Of a stretch of DNA of 64,000 nucleotides, positions 11,150-23,928 are shown piece after piece. The stretch is from Lepidodermella squamata (lineage: Eukaryota; Animalia; Gastrotricha), in the NCBI GenBank assembly GCA_047495785.1, contig JBLDXI010000059.1, positions 310,001 through 374,000 on the forward strand. The letters run 5' to 3'. The notes under the pieces were generated by a model that saw only the letters and a program-made list of their open reading frames with translations, ran no database searches and was not told the origin of the DNA. The stretch's first letter is position 1. Each line of letters starts with the position of its first letter. Position numbers and translations under genes: made by a program.

Positions 11150-14100
11150 CGCTGCCCTCTAAACCGGGTCTATGCCTTTTATTTCAAAAAAGTCGAACCT
11201 TACATTTGCGACAATGATAATCACTTGCACCCGTTACAACATGTCCTCCACATGCTGCCCTTGTTTCTGTCGAACAAACTTGAGCGGGAGTGGGCGACTA
11301 TTGACTATTGGGGCTTTACTACTTTTGATGAGGCGCGGAAGGCGCTTCTCGCCGCGTCTGGCCTTGCGCCGGACACCGTGTTAGCCTCGATGCAGTTTTA
11401 TTCTTGCCCTCAATACCCTGGCGAGACCGTTCGCCAATATTATGACGTTATTCGCCGTTTGTCGATTGATTCCGGGCGTGGCGAACCCGAAAACACTAGC
11501 AGGGACCTTGTTAAAAGGGTCTATTTCGGCATTTTGCCTGCTATTCGTGAGCGTATGGCTATGCTTGGCGTACCTCAAACGTGCGAGGAGCTGTCAGTGT
11601 TGGGGATTTTATTTGAAACCAAAATCGAAATCAAATCTCTCTTCCTCTAAAATCATTTCACGATCCCAAAATCAAATCTCAAAACACTGAAATCAAATCC
11701 CAAAATCGTTGAAATCTCTAGAAATCCCAAAAACGCTGGGAAAACATGTCCATACCCGTAGCTTGGACCATCGTTATCAGGTTTTTACTTGGATCATTGA
11801 TAATTACTCACGTTACATCAGGAGCATGAGCAAAGTTTGAAGAAATTAGGTCCATTTTGATGTCAAAAAGAGGTTTTTGACCAGGTTGGGTTTAAACCCA
11901 TAAAAACTGAAGTTTCTTATGATTATCTCGGCAGTTTTCGCATAGGGGTCACTATTTTCCTCACGATGTTCTTTGCCGTATTTGATTTTGAAATCCCTGA
12001 AATCAAGTTTTTTTCGCGCCAATCAAATCTTTCATTTTTGAAATCAATCCCTGAAATCAAATCGCAGTCATAAATGGTCCAAAATCGTGAAAATCAAAAT
12101 CTGAAAAATCAAATCCCCAACACTGGGAGCTGTTGCGCCTCGCCGAGGTCGCGGATACCTCGATCCGCGTCGGCCCTGCCGGCGCCCAGGCCTTGCTTCC
12201 GGCCGGCTTCGGCCATGTCTCTTACACTCCCTCGTATCCCCAACCTTATGCTCAGCCGCCGTTCGGCCTTAACCATGCCGGTTTTCCCGTTGGCCTGCCT
12301 GGCGCCTGGCGTCACCCACGTGACGGCGACTTCGTTAGGTACGCCACTGTATGTGCCGCCGGCCCCGGTCGCGCTCGCCCCGCACTACGCGCCAGGCGCG
12401 GCCGCCTCGTTGGCACCGCCGGCGCCGGTGCCCGCCGCTGCGGCGCGGCCCGCTGCTGCTGCCGTCGTTAAGGCTGAGCCGACCGAAACGGCGCTGATTC
12501 AAGCTGTCAACGCGCTGACCGCGCAGGTTCAGGAACTTGGTCGCAACAAGCCGAGCTACAACGACCACCTGTCACGCTATTATTTCATCTGTCACTACTT
12601 TACCGTCTTCTTCATGTTCTCACGCTCCGAGCGGCCTCGTCGCTCACATGGATTTAGTTGACGTCGCAGAAAATGATAGTTGCTCACTTCGGCATGTTGC
12701 CATGCTTCTCGATTCCGGTGCGACTCATAGTTGCATCGATGCCCGCTTTCTTTACCCTGGTATTCGCCTTGAGCCCGCTAAAGCCAACGGGCCTGATAAC
12801 CAGCCCTTGCAAGTTTTGGGCAAGGCGACTATCCCGATACGCTTCGGTAGACACGAATTTTTACATCAGTTTTATTTCATTCGGAATTTGTATGCCGACG
12901 GCTTGTTAGGTCACGATTTTACGTACAAGTTCGCCGACAGTATCAGCATTTCTCGTAATGTTATTTTCCTGCGTGATAACGCGGGTTCTATTCCGTTACA
13001 CGCCGCGCCGTATTCACTGTACGCCATCAACGCAATCACGCATCCGGATTTCCGTGCAGCGTCTTTGGATGATGTAGTTCTCCGGGTAAGCCCATCGCGC
13101 CGGGTAAGCCCATCCGCGTCTGTGCACGAATTACGGGTCATGGTCTTACGGGAAAAACCGTCGTTAGTGATAATCTACATGATGAGCCTACCGACACGCA
13201 AAATCATGAGCGCGATTTTGTAGTCTCACGCTCAATTTCCAAGGTAGATGATGAGGGTCGTATTTGGGTCGAGTTACTCAACGCCGGGCGATCACCTGTG
13301 AAAATCTATATACAGGCCAAAAAGTCGCCGCCTTTCTCGTCGAGAGTGTCCACATAGACATAATCGGCGCTGATCGTAACCGCCAGTCATCCAAACGGCC
13401 GTTGCCGCCGCCGGCCGACGCCCGCGATGACTGGGAGCCCGATGTCGACTTGGAAAGCCCGAAGTCAGAGCTATCCACCGATGAGCGTCCTAGAATGCGT
13501 AGTTTGTTGAGCGAGTTCAAGGATTGTTTCGCGCGCCATAGGCTGGATATCGGCCTGTGCGATGCCCTTGGGTTCAAAGTCAAGGTCGAAGGCCCGCCGT
13601 TCATTCAGCCACTGCGGCGCCAGTCACATCACGAGAGGGAAATGGTTGAGAAAGAAATACAAGACTGGGTTAAACACGGCATTGCTGAGCCGGCCGCTAC
13701 GCCGTATAGTAGCTGCCTCCTTGCCCTGAGGAAAAAGGATGGTTCACTGCGCCTAGCCCATGATTTTCGCCGCCTAAATAGCATGACTGTCAATGACGGC
13801 TCACACCCAATACCGCAGATTTGGAGCCAGTTTGATTTATTGTCGAGAGCACGCATTTTCTCGACCATTGATATCAATCAGGCTTATTTTCACATGAAAG
13901 TGTCTGAAGATTCCAAGCAATATTTAGGGTTCAGATCATCCCAAGGGTCCTGGACCATGAATAGAATGCCTTTCGGTGCTCAAACCGCCCCGGCCTATTG
14001 GAACCGTCTGCTCACGTTCTGCATGACTGGTTTACTGGGCCGCATCGTCGCCACTTATTTCGACGATATTCTAGTTTTCAGCCCGAATAAAGAACAACAT

Positions 14101-16022
14101 TTTCACGATATTCGCACCGTGCTTGAGCGCATGCGTAAAATGAACTTGAAGATTAAGGGTTCAAAATGTCAGCTATTTCGTCGTTCCATCACCTATCTTG
14201 GCCACACTATTAGCCAGGATGGTTTATCTATTTTTCGCGACCGGGTTTCGAAGGTCCAGAATTTTCCCGTCCCTACGACGGTTAGCGAACTTCGAGCTTT
14301 TACCTCGTTAGCCGGATATTATCGGCGATTTATCAAGAATTTTGCGATGATCGCAGCCCCGTTTTACGAGCTACAACGTATAAGAACAACTTTCACTGGA
14401 ATAAGGATGCCGAGAACGCTTTTAATGAGCTCAAAAAGGCGTTGATCTCGCCACCTTGTTTGCATTTCCTCAGTTTGACAAGAAATTTATTTTGTCGACT
14501 GATGCGTCGGGGTCCGGTCTCGGCTACGTTCTACGTTCTCGAACAAGACCAGGACGACGGTACCCGGCGCCCAGTCGCTTTCGGTTCTCGAAAATCTGAC
14601 TAAGGCCGAGCGCAATTACTCTAGTTGTGAACGAGAGGTTCTTGCCGTCTTGTACGGGCTAAAGCAGATTAAGCCTTACATCTCGCCGGGTTCGAATTCG
14701 ATCACCACCGACGTCATTACTGACGCCGCTGCTCTTCGTACTTTGAATACCTGGAAGGACACCGGAGGTCGGTTATCCAACTACCTAATGATCCTACAAC
14801 AGTATCCGCTGAATATAATAACGCGCCGAGGTTCGACTCATGCGAATGCCGATGCCTGACCGAGCTACGCCACTCCCGGCTTCCATCAACGCCATGACAT
14901 CCGATCTTACTTTCGATGACGACGTTGTTGTCGACGAGAACGCGTACCACGAGGGCGACCCGTTCCGCTCTCTCACGCCCTGTGGCGTTAACTTGACTCG
15001 CGATGTTTTGATTTCGGCGCAAGCCGCCGATCGTCGTTGCCGCTCCAAGAAACGGCTATATTCTCATCATTTCCGATTATTTCAATAGCTTCACGCTGTG
15101 GGAGCCCGTTCCGGATATTAAGTCCGAAACCGTGATTGAGAAATTGCTCGATTGGATCTACATTTTCGGTAGCCCGCGTGCTTTGCTCAATGACAACGCC
15201 CGCTACTTCATCTCCAACCTCATCGAGGACGTGACTGATGCGTTTGCGATTCGCCGTATTAAAAGCTCCGCTTATCACCAGCAGACTAACGGCCATTGCG
15301 AACACTTGAATTTAGTCACGAATAGCTGCATCGCGAAATACGTCGTGCCCGGCCAGCACCTCGACTGGTGCCGCTTCGTCAAGGCCTGCTGCTCTGGCTA
15401 CAATTCGTCTCACCATTCGACTCATCGCCACCCACCAGCGTATCTTATGCTAGGTCATACGCCCAAGTTGGCTATGGACTGGCAGTGCTCCGCCGAGAAG
15501 CCTGCGTCCCAGCCCAAAACTCAGAACGAGTTGCTTGAAAATCATGACTACGGCTTGTATGACAAACTACGTCGCGCTTTCGACGACGTTCGAACTCGTT
15601 TCCAACTCGCGCGTGCTCGTGAGAAAGAGCGCCTTGATCGCAGTTCAGGCAATTGCGAGCCGTTCGATATCGGCGATCTTGTCTACCTCCACGTGCCAAG
15701 TAACCGGCCCGATGTGATACCGAAATTCGCCTCTCGCTACAAGGGCCCGTATTCCGTCGTGGCTCGAGTTTCGCCTGTTACCTACGCTATTCGGTTCTTT
15801 GATATCTGTCCGGCCGTGATATCCTTGCACATCGCAACCGCCTCAAGTTGGCCTGGTTGCGCGATTTCCCCTCGGCTGATCGATATTCGCGAGCGCAACA
15901 GTCGGCCCGTTCGTCGGCAAACGCGCTACCAAGTCTACTGCGCCGCCCGGCGCTGCGGCCACATCGGCGCCTGCGTCGACTGCGCCGCGACCACCCGCCG
16001 CCGCAGCGTCGCCGTTACCTGA
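11150..16022 (+). mobile_element. Ty3/Gypsy LTR retrotransposon gag-pol, frameshifted and internally deleted
   Basis: Gag QYPGETVRQY; protease LLDSGATHSCI; RT LRLAHDF/FSTIDINQAYF/RMPFGA/YFDDIL; RNase H TDASGSGLGYV; integrase core DNARYF...TNGHCE and GPY motif. Domain order PR-RT-RH-IN. The integrase zinc finger and first Asp region are missing (~15.06 kb). Confidence 0.93.
11595..12125. mobile_element. hAT-type MITE inserted in gag
   Basis: TIR CAGTGTTGGGGATTT/AAATCCCCAACACTG; 8-bp TSD GGAGCTGT (11587-94, 12126-33). Removal restores gag TCEELLRLAEV. Confidence 0.92.
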
Positions 16023-16029
16023 TCTTCGC

Positions 16030-18427
16030 CAGACACTTAGCCGCCAGTTTGTTCATGAGTCAGCCCGTGGCAAGAATTTCACGACGGGTGGGTACTTACT
16101 CCGTAGTTCGAAAAGGCCGACCTCGGCCAGTTCGGGTACTACAACGGCAACGTCTACGAGCACAACACCGACTACAACGACCGCAAGTACAGCGACGACG
16201 TCAGAAGCACGTCAGAAGCACGTCAGAATTGCCTGAAACACCGCCCAGAATGCCTTCACCGCCAATAATAACTGGGCCAGCGCCGTCTACCTCAGACGAA
16301 GATAATCGCCACTCCTCCATGTCAGCACCGTCAAACATTGACCATTTCAGTCCAATAATAACGTCAACACCAGCCCACAAATTTCGAATGCAAAACACCG
16401 GCCATTTGACAGCATCGCCGGGATTCCACCGACGACCGCCTGATCAACCACAATCGGTGGCCCCGCAACACCGTCCAGCCTCGTCACCCGAGAAAAATCA
16501 ATCAAGCGTGACGACGCCTGAAAATTCCTCAACCAGCGTCACTCCGACAGAAACTACACGCTCAATAAGTCAGATCCATAGATAAATAAGTGTGAAAAGA
16601 TAGGAAACTCCTACATGAGCATTGTTCCGAAATTCGGCGTCAGCTGTGACCAATCGTTGAACGCTCGTCCATTTTCGTTTAATCGAAATTTTGGCATTTT
16701 TTCAAGCCTCACTTCTCACTCTTATTGCACAGCCCACCTGGCGAACACTGCGCAAGACCTCAGCCTAAATAGAGGGGCATCTTGCCTAGATTCCGTACTT
16801 CGTTGAATTTTGTTCATATCGTCAAAATTCAACATTTGCTGGTCGGCCGCTTGGAAGCGTTGTTAAAAATATAATCTAAAAAGTTGCTCAACTTTGGAAT
16901 TTTTTTGCCGGAATGATAAGTCGTATTTTGGCGTTTCGTTTTGGCTGTGGGTACATCGACCCATGCTCTAATACCAGCCGAAAGAGCAACTTTGGCTTCT
17001 GCAAGTGAGGCGAGCGGTAGAGTGGAATTTGAAGTGTGTTTTTCCTAATTTTTGCCAATGATTGTTATTAAAAATTTTCATCGTGCGCGCATGATTCATC
17101 GTAGCTGTGTGAGCCACATGGTGCACGTACAACTTTCAAGTGAGGAACATTTTCCTCGATTCTCGCGAATTTACAATTAAAAAGTCGACATTTTTGATCA
17201 ACTGCCATTTTGCCCTGATTCAAAAGCCAAGTCTGAAACTTTTACAGAATGTAGACGAGGGTGAGATAGCATCATGGGGGCGGAAAATTCAACTTACCAC
17301 TTTGGCAAAAAAAGTTCCAAAGTTTAGCAACGTTTTAAATTATTCCAAATAATATGTTTTCATGCGGCTAAGCAGAAAATTTCGAATTCTGACGCTACGA
17401 AAAAAATTCAACGAAGTACGGTATCCCATCAGCTGTCTAACTGCGCCGCGATCAGTCTAGATCGGCATGTCCGCCATCCAATGCTCAGACCAGCCTGTCC
17501 GCCTATTTCCTACCAGCTGTCTCGACGCCTGTACCACAATTTCACCCCACAAAATCGTCTGCCCGCTTGAATTCTGCGATATTTCCACGAAACCTGACTG
17601 GCTACAACAGACCGGCCTCGTCGCTGATTACGAGCACGTCTTAGCTCTCGATCCCGTTATCAGCTCGACAGCCGAGTTCAACTGGTGCGAACAAGCCAGC
17701 GATGTTGTGCGACTCAACCACAGCTCGTTCCTCCTTCAAACACCGGCGACTGTCTCACTCTGGCGTGTTAATGGCACCGCCAGAAAACTCATTTTCAGTC
17801 GAAAATATTCGTAAAGTGGCCACATTTTCCACCTCTCTTGCAATCACATCATCAAAATTGGCGACTTCGAATTACACCCATCGGCCTTTGAATGCGACGA
17901 GGATCTGCGCCAAAAGATACTAACGGTCGTCGAGTCGATTAAAGCTGCTTGACCCCAATACCAGCGACTACCCGACCCAACACAGCAAAAATATCGATAA
18001 AATCGTCGCCAGCCTAAAGGATTCAACGATGCGTGACGAGTTCAACCGGAATGACGCTACAACACTGCGGCTCGTCGAAAACATCAGCGCCAGCTCAGCC
18101 CAATTAGGTCTCTTCACGCAGCTGATGAGTATCTACGTTGGACAAATCGGCTCCTCCAACGACACCCACCCAGAGCTGCTCTCTATTCTGCCAACCGGAG
18201 CGAACTCGCTCATCCTTGCACTAAACACCGTCGCTATAATTTACCTCATCTGCAATAGAAGTCGCCCTTCAAATCCGCTCCAAATCCAGACAATAATGCC
18301 GACACTTCAAGTCCCAACCGCCCCACAACCGCCAGGATACGAAATACCGTCAACGGCCATCCCGCTAGACAAAGCCAACGAAGCGGAACCAAAACCACAG
18401 CTGCGCAAAAAGCGCTTCTACTATTGA
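16030..18427 (+). pseudogene. env-like third ORF of the Gypsy element (fragmented)
   Basis: Downstream of integrase: Ser/Thr/Pro-rich region, Cys-rich region (17467..17814), a C-terminal TM helix LILALNTVAIIYLIC and a short tail, then a purine tract and an LTR-like segment. Confidence 0.55.
16793..17421. mobile_element. Tc1/pogo-type MITE in the env-like region
   Basis: TIR CCGTACTTCGTTGAATTTT/AAAATTCAACGAAGTACGG; TA on the right flank, TT on the left. Confidence 0.8.
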
Positions 18428-18587
18428 AAATCAAATAATCACGAAGTTTTGTATATATATTTACCAATGATCTTAACAATTGTAAATTCTCTCGCAATAT
18501 CATTATCGAATTTTTTCTCTTGCCGTTATACTCCTTTTGTTTCCCGCTTTCCAGGAGTAAAGCACTATTTCACCTGGGGAATGTGCT

Positions 18588-20849
18588 ATGAAACCTCGAG
18601 GGCCTAGAGTAGGCCTAAAACTGCATTTCAAATTTTAGGCCTACATAGGGCTTCATTTTACCCATATAGGCCTAGGATTTTTCGGCCCGAGCTAGGCCTA
18701 TGTTCCAATTTAGGCTCAAGCTAGGCCTAGGCATCATTAAAAAAGTGGAATATACATAATCAGGCTGTACCAATGATGCACATGGCAGATGAATCAATGG
18801 AATCGATCGTGTAATCGAATCTAGAATCTATCAATCACCTGTATTCGACATATATCGGGTCTTAACTATTCAACCAAGACCATAAACACTTTAATGGGAA
18901 GTTGATGGGAAGTTGAGAATGCAACACGCTAAAGGAGGATGAGAAGGTGGAGGTAGAAGGGGTAAGAGGGCAGTAACCTAAAACTAAGACATCTAGCATA
19001 CCCCCCCCTAACTTACTGGGGCATTTGGCTCAGAGCCGCGCCGGTCGGGCTATCAAATTTGCCCCTACAGCGTCACTTGCGGCGGAAGACCACAGACGGA
19101 CCAGGCAACGGATTCATCATGTAGCCAAAGTGGGACCAACTTAACCACCCGCCGTCACCACCTGAGGCCCAGAACCCGCACCTTGGGACCCAAACTATCC
19201 CGTCCTTAAAAATTTCCCAATTTTTGAGTGGATGGGCAACTAGGATTTCGTTAGAAATCCCAGTTACCCCCCGACCCGTCTTGAAATTGCATCGCAATTT
19301 CCCATGAAACTTTCGTTTCAGCCAGCCGAAGGCCGGCGCGAAGGACAATCCTTCGAGTTTGCGGTGTGTTCGCCGCCACAGTTGCAACAACGAACACCCC
19401 ACAGACAAGTCTTGACGTCGTGTTTGCGACCACATCGTAAGCATCGGATCTCATCGGAACAGTTTCGAGCCAGGTGGCCATATCGCTGGCAATTGAAACA
19501 TTGTATCACATCGGGTTGCTTAACGACGAACCAACGGAATCGTAACATGAACGGCTTGCAAATCAGGCCGTTTTTCACGCAGTTTTCAGCGAGATCGTAG
19601 TCGTTGAGCTCGAACATAGCTTGTTTGCCGCGCAGTTCGACCATCTTAGTCATCTTGTCGCCAAAGGCAGCCTTGATCGCAGTCGTTGATACAGCATCAG
19701 TGTCGAAATTAGTCAGCACAATTCGGTATTTTGGCTTAGCAGTTTGAATGATTTTCGCACCAGAAATCTTTTCCAGACATCGGATCTGAGCCGCCTGTTC
19801 GCTCGAATCGAGACGAATAGACAGCCCATCTGCTGTTGGTTTACAGCTCTTGAAGCTGGCGTTCGGTGCCGAAGCCACGATTTTAGACCAGAGTTGTTTC
19901 CGGTCGCAGTTCGGAGTCGTTTGGAGTAGAACAGTAGTTCCGCTTGTTTTCTTAGGCGGTAGAATTGGCTTAACACGTTTTTCAACGATTGGTTCGGTTT
20001 CGGTTGACTGATTCAGTTGGACAATCGGCTTAATCGGCCTTGTTTGGGTTGACTTATCGTCGCAGTTCCGTTCATGGATGATCCAGCGATTTTCTCCAAA
20101 TTCATCAGCTTCCATCATATCGAGCAGGAAATCTCGTTCAGCCTGTTCGAGGTCGAGCAAGGAGGCATACGCCCTAATGATGCGGCTAATACTGGGTTTA
20201 CCAATTTTTTCGATCTGTTTTGCTTTGTATTCCGGAAAGAAACCATGATAAAATTCCCATGCATATTTTTCAGCACCAGTCATTGTTGAAGCCATGCCAC
20301 GTGGTTGAATCGATGAATGGGATTGCCACGCGCTCGTAGTAGTATCGATCGATGACGTACAGCTTGATGTTGAAGCAGCTTGTTGTTGGAAATATCTGAC
20401 GAAGTTGGCGTATCGATAAAAACAGCAGCAGAAATTGTTTGAAAATAATCAAGAGTGCGCGTTCTAATAGACAGCACTCGGATTCGTAACGACAGTAACC
20501 TCAGAAAATTTAATATTCAATCGCAGATACATCTAGCATACCTATGGTAGCTTCATACTGTCGATCTTAATGGGATTCTCTTGTATGACCCCACTCGAGA
20601 ATGCTCAACTTGTATTCCTGCCAATTAATTAGCATATGCACGCAACATATTCCATCCTAATTAGTCGGCCTACACCAGGCCTAGCGATGGGAAGGAAATT
20701 TATTAGGCCTAGCATCGGCCTACATCAAAATCCTTAGGCCGAAGCAAGGCCCAAGTGAATTACTGGACCCAGTGTAGGCCTAGTGATTCAGCTCAAGGCC
20801 TACCTTAGGCCTACCCGGCCTAGTGTAGGCCTAGCAGGTTTCATGTGGG
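18588..20849. mobile_element. Non-autonomous TIR element with (TAGGCCTA)-rich subterminal arrays, carrying a gag ORF
   Basis: ATGAAACCT...AGGTTTCAT inverted ends; taggcc arrays at 18600-18730 and 20665-20835. Confidence 0.6.
19318..20295 (-). CDS. LINE ORF1/gag-like nucleic-acid-binding protein with three CCHC knuckles (325 aa, intact)
   Basis: CFNCQRYGHLARNC, CLRCGRKHDVKTC, CCNCGGEHTANSKDC: the CX2CX4HX4C/CX2CX3HX4C/CX2CX3HX6C triplet of Jockey/I/R1-type ORF1. Confidence 0.85.
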   Translation of the reverse strand: MASTMTGAEKYAWEFYHGFFPEYKAKQIEKIGKPSISRIIRAYASLLDLEQAERDFLLDMMEADEFGENRWIIHERNCDDKSTQTRPIKPIVQLNQSTETEPIVEKRVKPILPPKKTSGTTVLLQTTPNCDRKQLWSKIVASAPNASFKSCKPTADGLSIRLDSSEQAAQIRCLEKISGAKIIQTAKPKYRIVLTNFDTDAVSTTAIKAAFGDKMTKMVELRGKQAMFELNDYDLAENCVKNGLICKPFMLRFRWFVVKQPDVIQCFNCQRYGHLARNCSDEIRCLRCGRKHDVKTCLWGVRCCNCGGEHTANSKDCPSRRPSAG

Positions 20850-22796
20850 ACACGCAAGTCGAGCAAGGCGATTGGTCCGCATGCCAACCAATAAGCGGCC
20901 TGCGTGCCGCAGTATAAATACAGAAATACAATAACAATAAAATTAGGAGTTTTGGATAATTTCTGCCTGACTGTTATTTACTCGTTATTTCGAACCCGTG
21001 TGGTATCCGTACCGTGCCGGATAGTACACAATCGACCTTTACCCTCTCCCTTATAAACTGGCCAGTGCCTTTAATTAGTTTCAGCCTTCTAATATGAATT
21101 TTACGGTAATATGTTTTTACGGCAAAAACGGTAATATGGTTTCCGGTAATACGGTAACAAATTTGACTCGAAGTAGCCCCGACCTCGGTATGTCAGTTGC
21201 GAGCAGTAACTGAAGCATTATTCGTTACGTTGGTCTCAACCACCAAAAAAGCAGTTACCATCATAGATGATGACACGATGTCAGCATTTTCATCTATTGG
21301 AATATTTTATTGAGCGAAAAGCCGAAAGATACACAGCTTAACCCGGTTAACCCGGTGGGGCATTGCAGTGAGTTGTCTAGTATGTTACATTAAAAACGCA
21401 CGCTAACAATATTATCTAAATATAGGAGAGAAATGAAGGAAAATGAAAACGACTCTCATTGCATACATCATGGTAGAGCACAACACACAGACAAAAGTTA
21501 CAGTCTATAAGCGACGACGTGGTGATCAGCTCGGCACCGCAAACTCGTCCTGTCAGCGGCTGACCTCGAGGAGCTGCGCCGTCTGGAAGCGCCTTCTTCT
21601 CTGCCAACTGCATCAGCCGCCGAGGCTTCAAGCAGCCAGCCGATCGATCCTCCATTCAACCACCAAGGTGAAGCTGTCAGCAATCTTTGAATCTTTTTGC
21701 TGTCATTTTTGTTTTTTTTTCTTCCTGCCATTTATGTTATTTATGCCCTTTATTTCAATTATACAGCGCAGGAAGCAGATATTTTATACCTTGAACCTCG
21801 AATCAACATTTGAATATCGTCAATTGTTTTTCTGTTCAGTGGAAATTCTTAATGCCAGCAACAGCAGGTGCAATTTGATCATGTTGGGGCTAGAGTCCGA
21901 TACGTGCCCGTTCGCGATCTGGTGCGAGATCGCGCAGTGAAGCGGTGAAGTGGCGAGTAGACCCAAGGCTTATCTCTTGTCTCTACTGGCAAGAACAGGT
22001 GGCATCGATACAAAGCTAGATTTGTTCTAATTCGTTAAATTTGCAGTAGATTTCGCACGTTGTAGAGAAGCCCGCGCGCGGAGTAGCAAAGCGCCGTTTC
22101 CCTACAGCATACGGGCCGAATTCGGGTGTGGGCCCCGCCAATAACAAAGATAAATTTCGCCAGAGGACATCAGCATAAGAATAAGCAGCCAAAAAAAGGT
22201 TTACTATCATCCCATTACTATTATTTCTGCGTCGCCTGTGCGTGATTATTAATGTGCGAGCAGGCGAGTCGAGTGAGTCTAGCTCGAGAGTCGCTGTTTT
22301 CATTTTCACAAAATCGCGATACGCATTGAGTAGACAATAGATGCGAGAAATGTGGCTCCAATCGCATCGACTTCCATACCTGAACAAGGCAGCTCTGACC
22401 CTGAACCTTTCAGGAGATACATAGTTTCAAGTTTTTCCATTTTTCAAAATTCAGCGTTTGTTATTTCGCGAATAACTTCAAAACTGACGACACATGCGAT
22501 TTTTGCCAAATAAGGCGCTGGACGATTTTCCGACAACCTCTTAAAAATATGTGTTTTCAAAGTACCGTCTTGAAACGTTTTCTCGCCAACATTTTGTAAA
22601 ATGATTTCTCAATGAGCCTCGTCACTGGTTAATCTATGGTACCGTATGAACGGAAGTAATAAGGCAAAGCCCGAGGCACGATCGGCCGGAAAGCCAGCTC
22701 ATGGAAATTACAATTCTTTCTATCAAATTATTGAACGCAAATGGGTACAAATTTCTCTTTTTATTACTTCTCTGCAACGAGCATATTAACACAAAT

Positions 22797-22797
<1 letters not shown>

Positions 22798-22837
<40 letters not shown>
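22798..22837. repeat. (ATT)n microsatellite
   Basis: Directly visible. Confidence 0.95.
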
Positions 22838-23928
22838 CGTCATTACAGCGTACAGAAATTGAATAGAATGATAATATTATACACGATGAAATAGTCGCGT
22901 ATTGCAGTAAGTAATAATGATGATGATAATAGCAATGTTGCTTGCTTCAGATTTTGAATTGATTGACCGAAGGACAGCGCGGCTGGTAATATCTAAAAGA
23001 TGCGGCCTAATCAGTAGGAAAAACCAACTGCCCGGCCAAAGATGTCTCAAGATGCATTTAGCATCGATAATGAAACAATTATTTGCATTTTGTGCGATTG
23101 ATTTGTTGTGCGGCTTTTCAATACTTTACTACAGATTTTCGTGAAAAAATTTACTCCGAATCGTACAATCAAGTAAATGAAGAACAAAGTTACAAGAAGG
23201 CGCGGGAGGAGTCTTTGCCGAATATGTTTACAAAAACAAGTTGGAGAGAGGTGAGGGAAAAGACAGAATTTCCTGACACAGATCAAACACGTGAATTTTA
23301 CACAATGAGACACAACTTTTCTCGATCGATATAGGCCGAATAGCATGCAAACTTGAAGGCAGATTTTTTCACCATAAATCCATTTTAAAAGCAGAATTCA
23401 AGGGGCTGGTCGATGGAGCCACCTCGGTCAAGTCTCCACAAAAATGAGCAGTTAAGGCATAGAAATCGGTCTTGAAAAATGGTGATTTTGGAAAGGTTTT
23501 TCATCATTTTCTCTTTTCATTCATTTGCGATTTTTTAGTCACTGTTTTAGCACGGCGGTAAAAAGTCGTAGAAATTCTAGTATAATAACAATAATAATCA
23601 GAAACAGACACCGTTATCGTTTTGCTAAATAAATAATGAACAACAAACAAGCAGCAGTACGTGGGTAATTCACGTATTTATTGTTTTTCTCATAGCAAGA
23701 AGTTGAAGGAAATTCCATGGAAAACGAGGTGTGCGTGGGCTATATTTCTATAAAACCTCAATCGCAAGTGTGAGCACGAGACTAGAAAGTTTAGTCATCC
23801 AAATTGGTGCACGGTTCCCTACCTACTTCAGTTTCAAGGTTGTTACAGGTTAGCTTATTCACACCGAAATGACAAAATCGCGCACAAATTAAAGCTGCCG
23901 ATTTTAGTAAAAAAGAAGACATTTTTAT

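Larger units (their letters stand above)
18582..21030 (+). mobile_element. 3' LTR-like segment split by a nested insertion (18588..20849)
   Basis: GGGGAA purine tract then TGTGCTAT; ends ATAGTACACA. The distal part has CCAAT boxes, TATAAATA and AATAAA. Confidence 0.5.

Noticed and set aside
19130-19200. Twister-ribozyme-like GGTCCCAAG on the minus strand
   Set aside because: Could not build the required stems and pseudoknots by eye.
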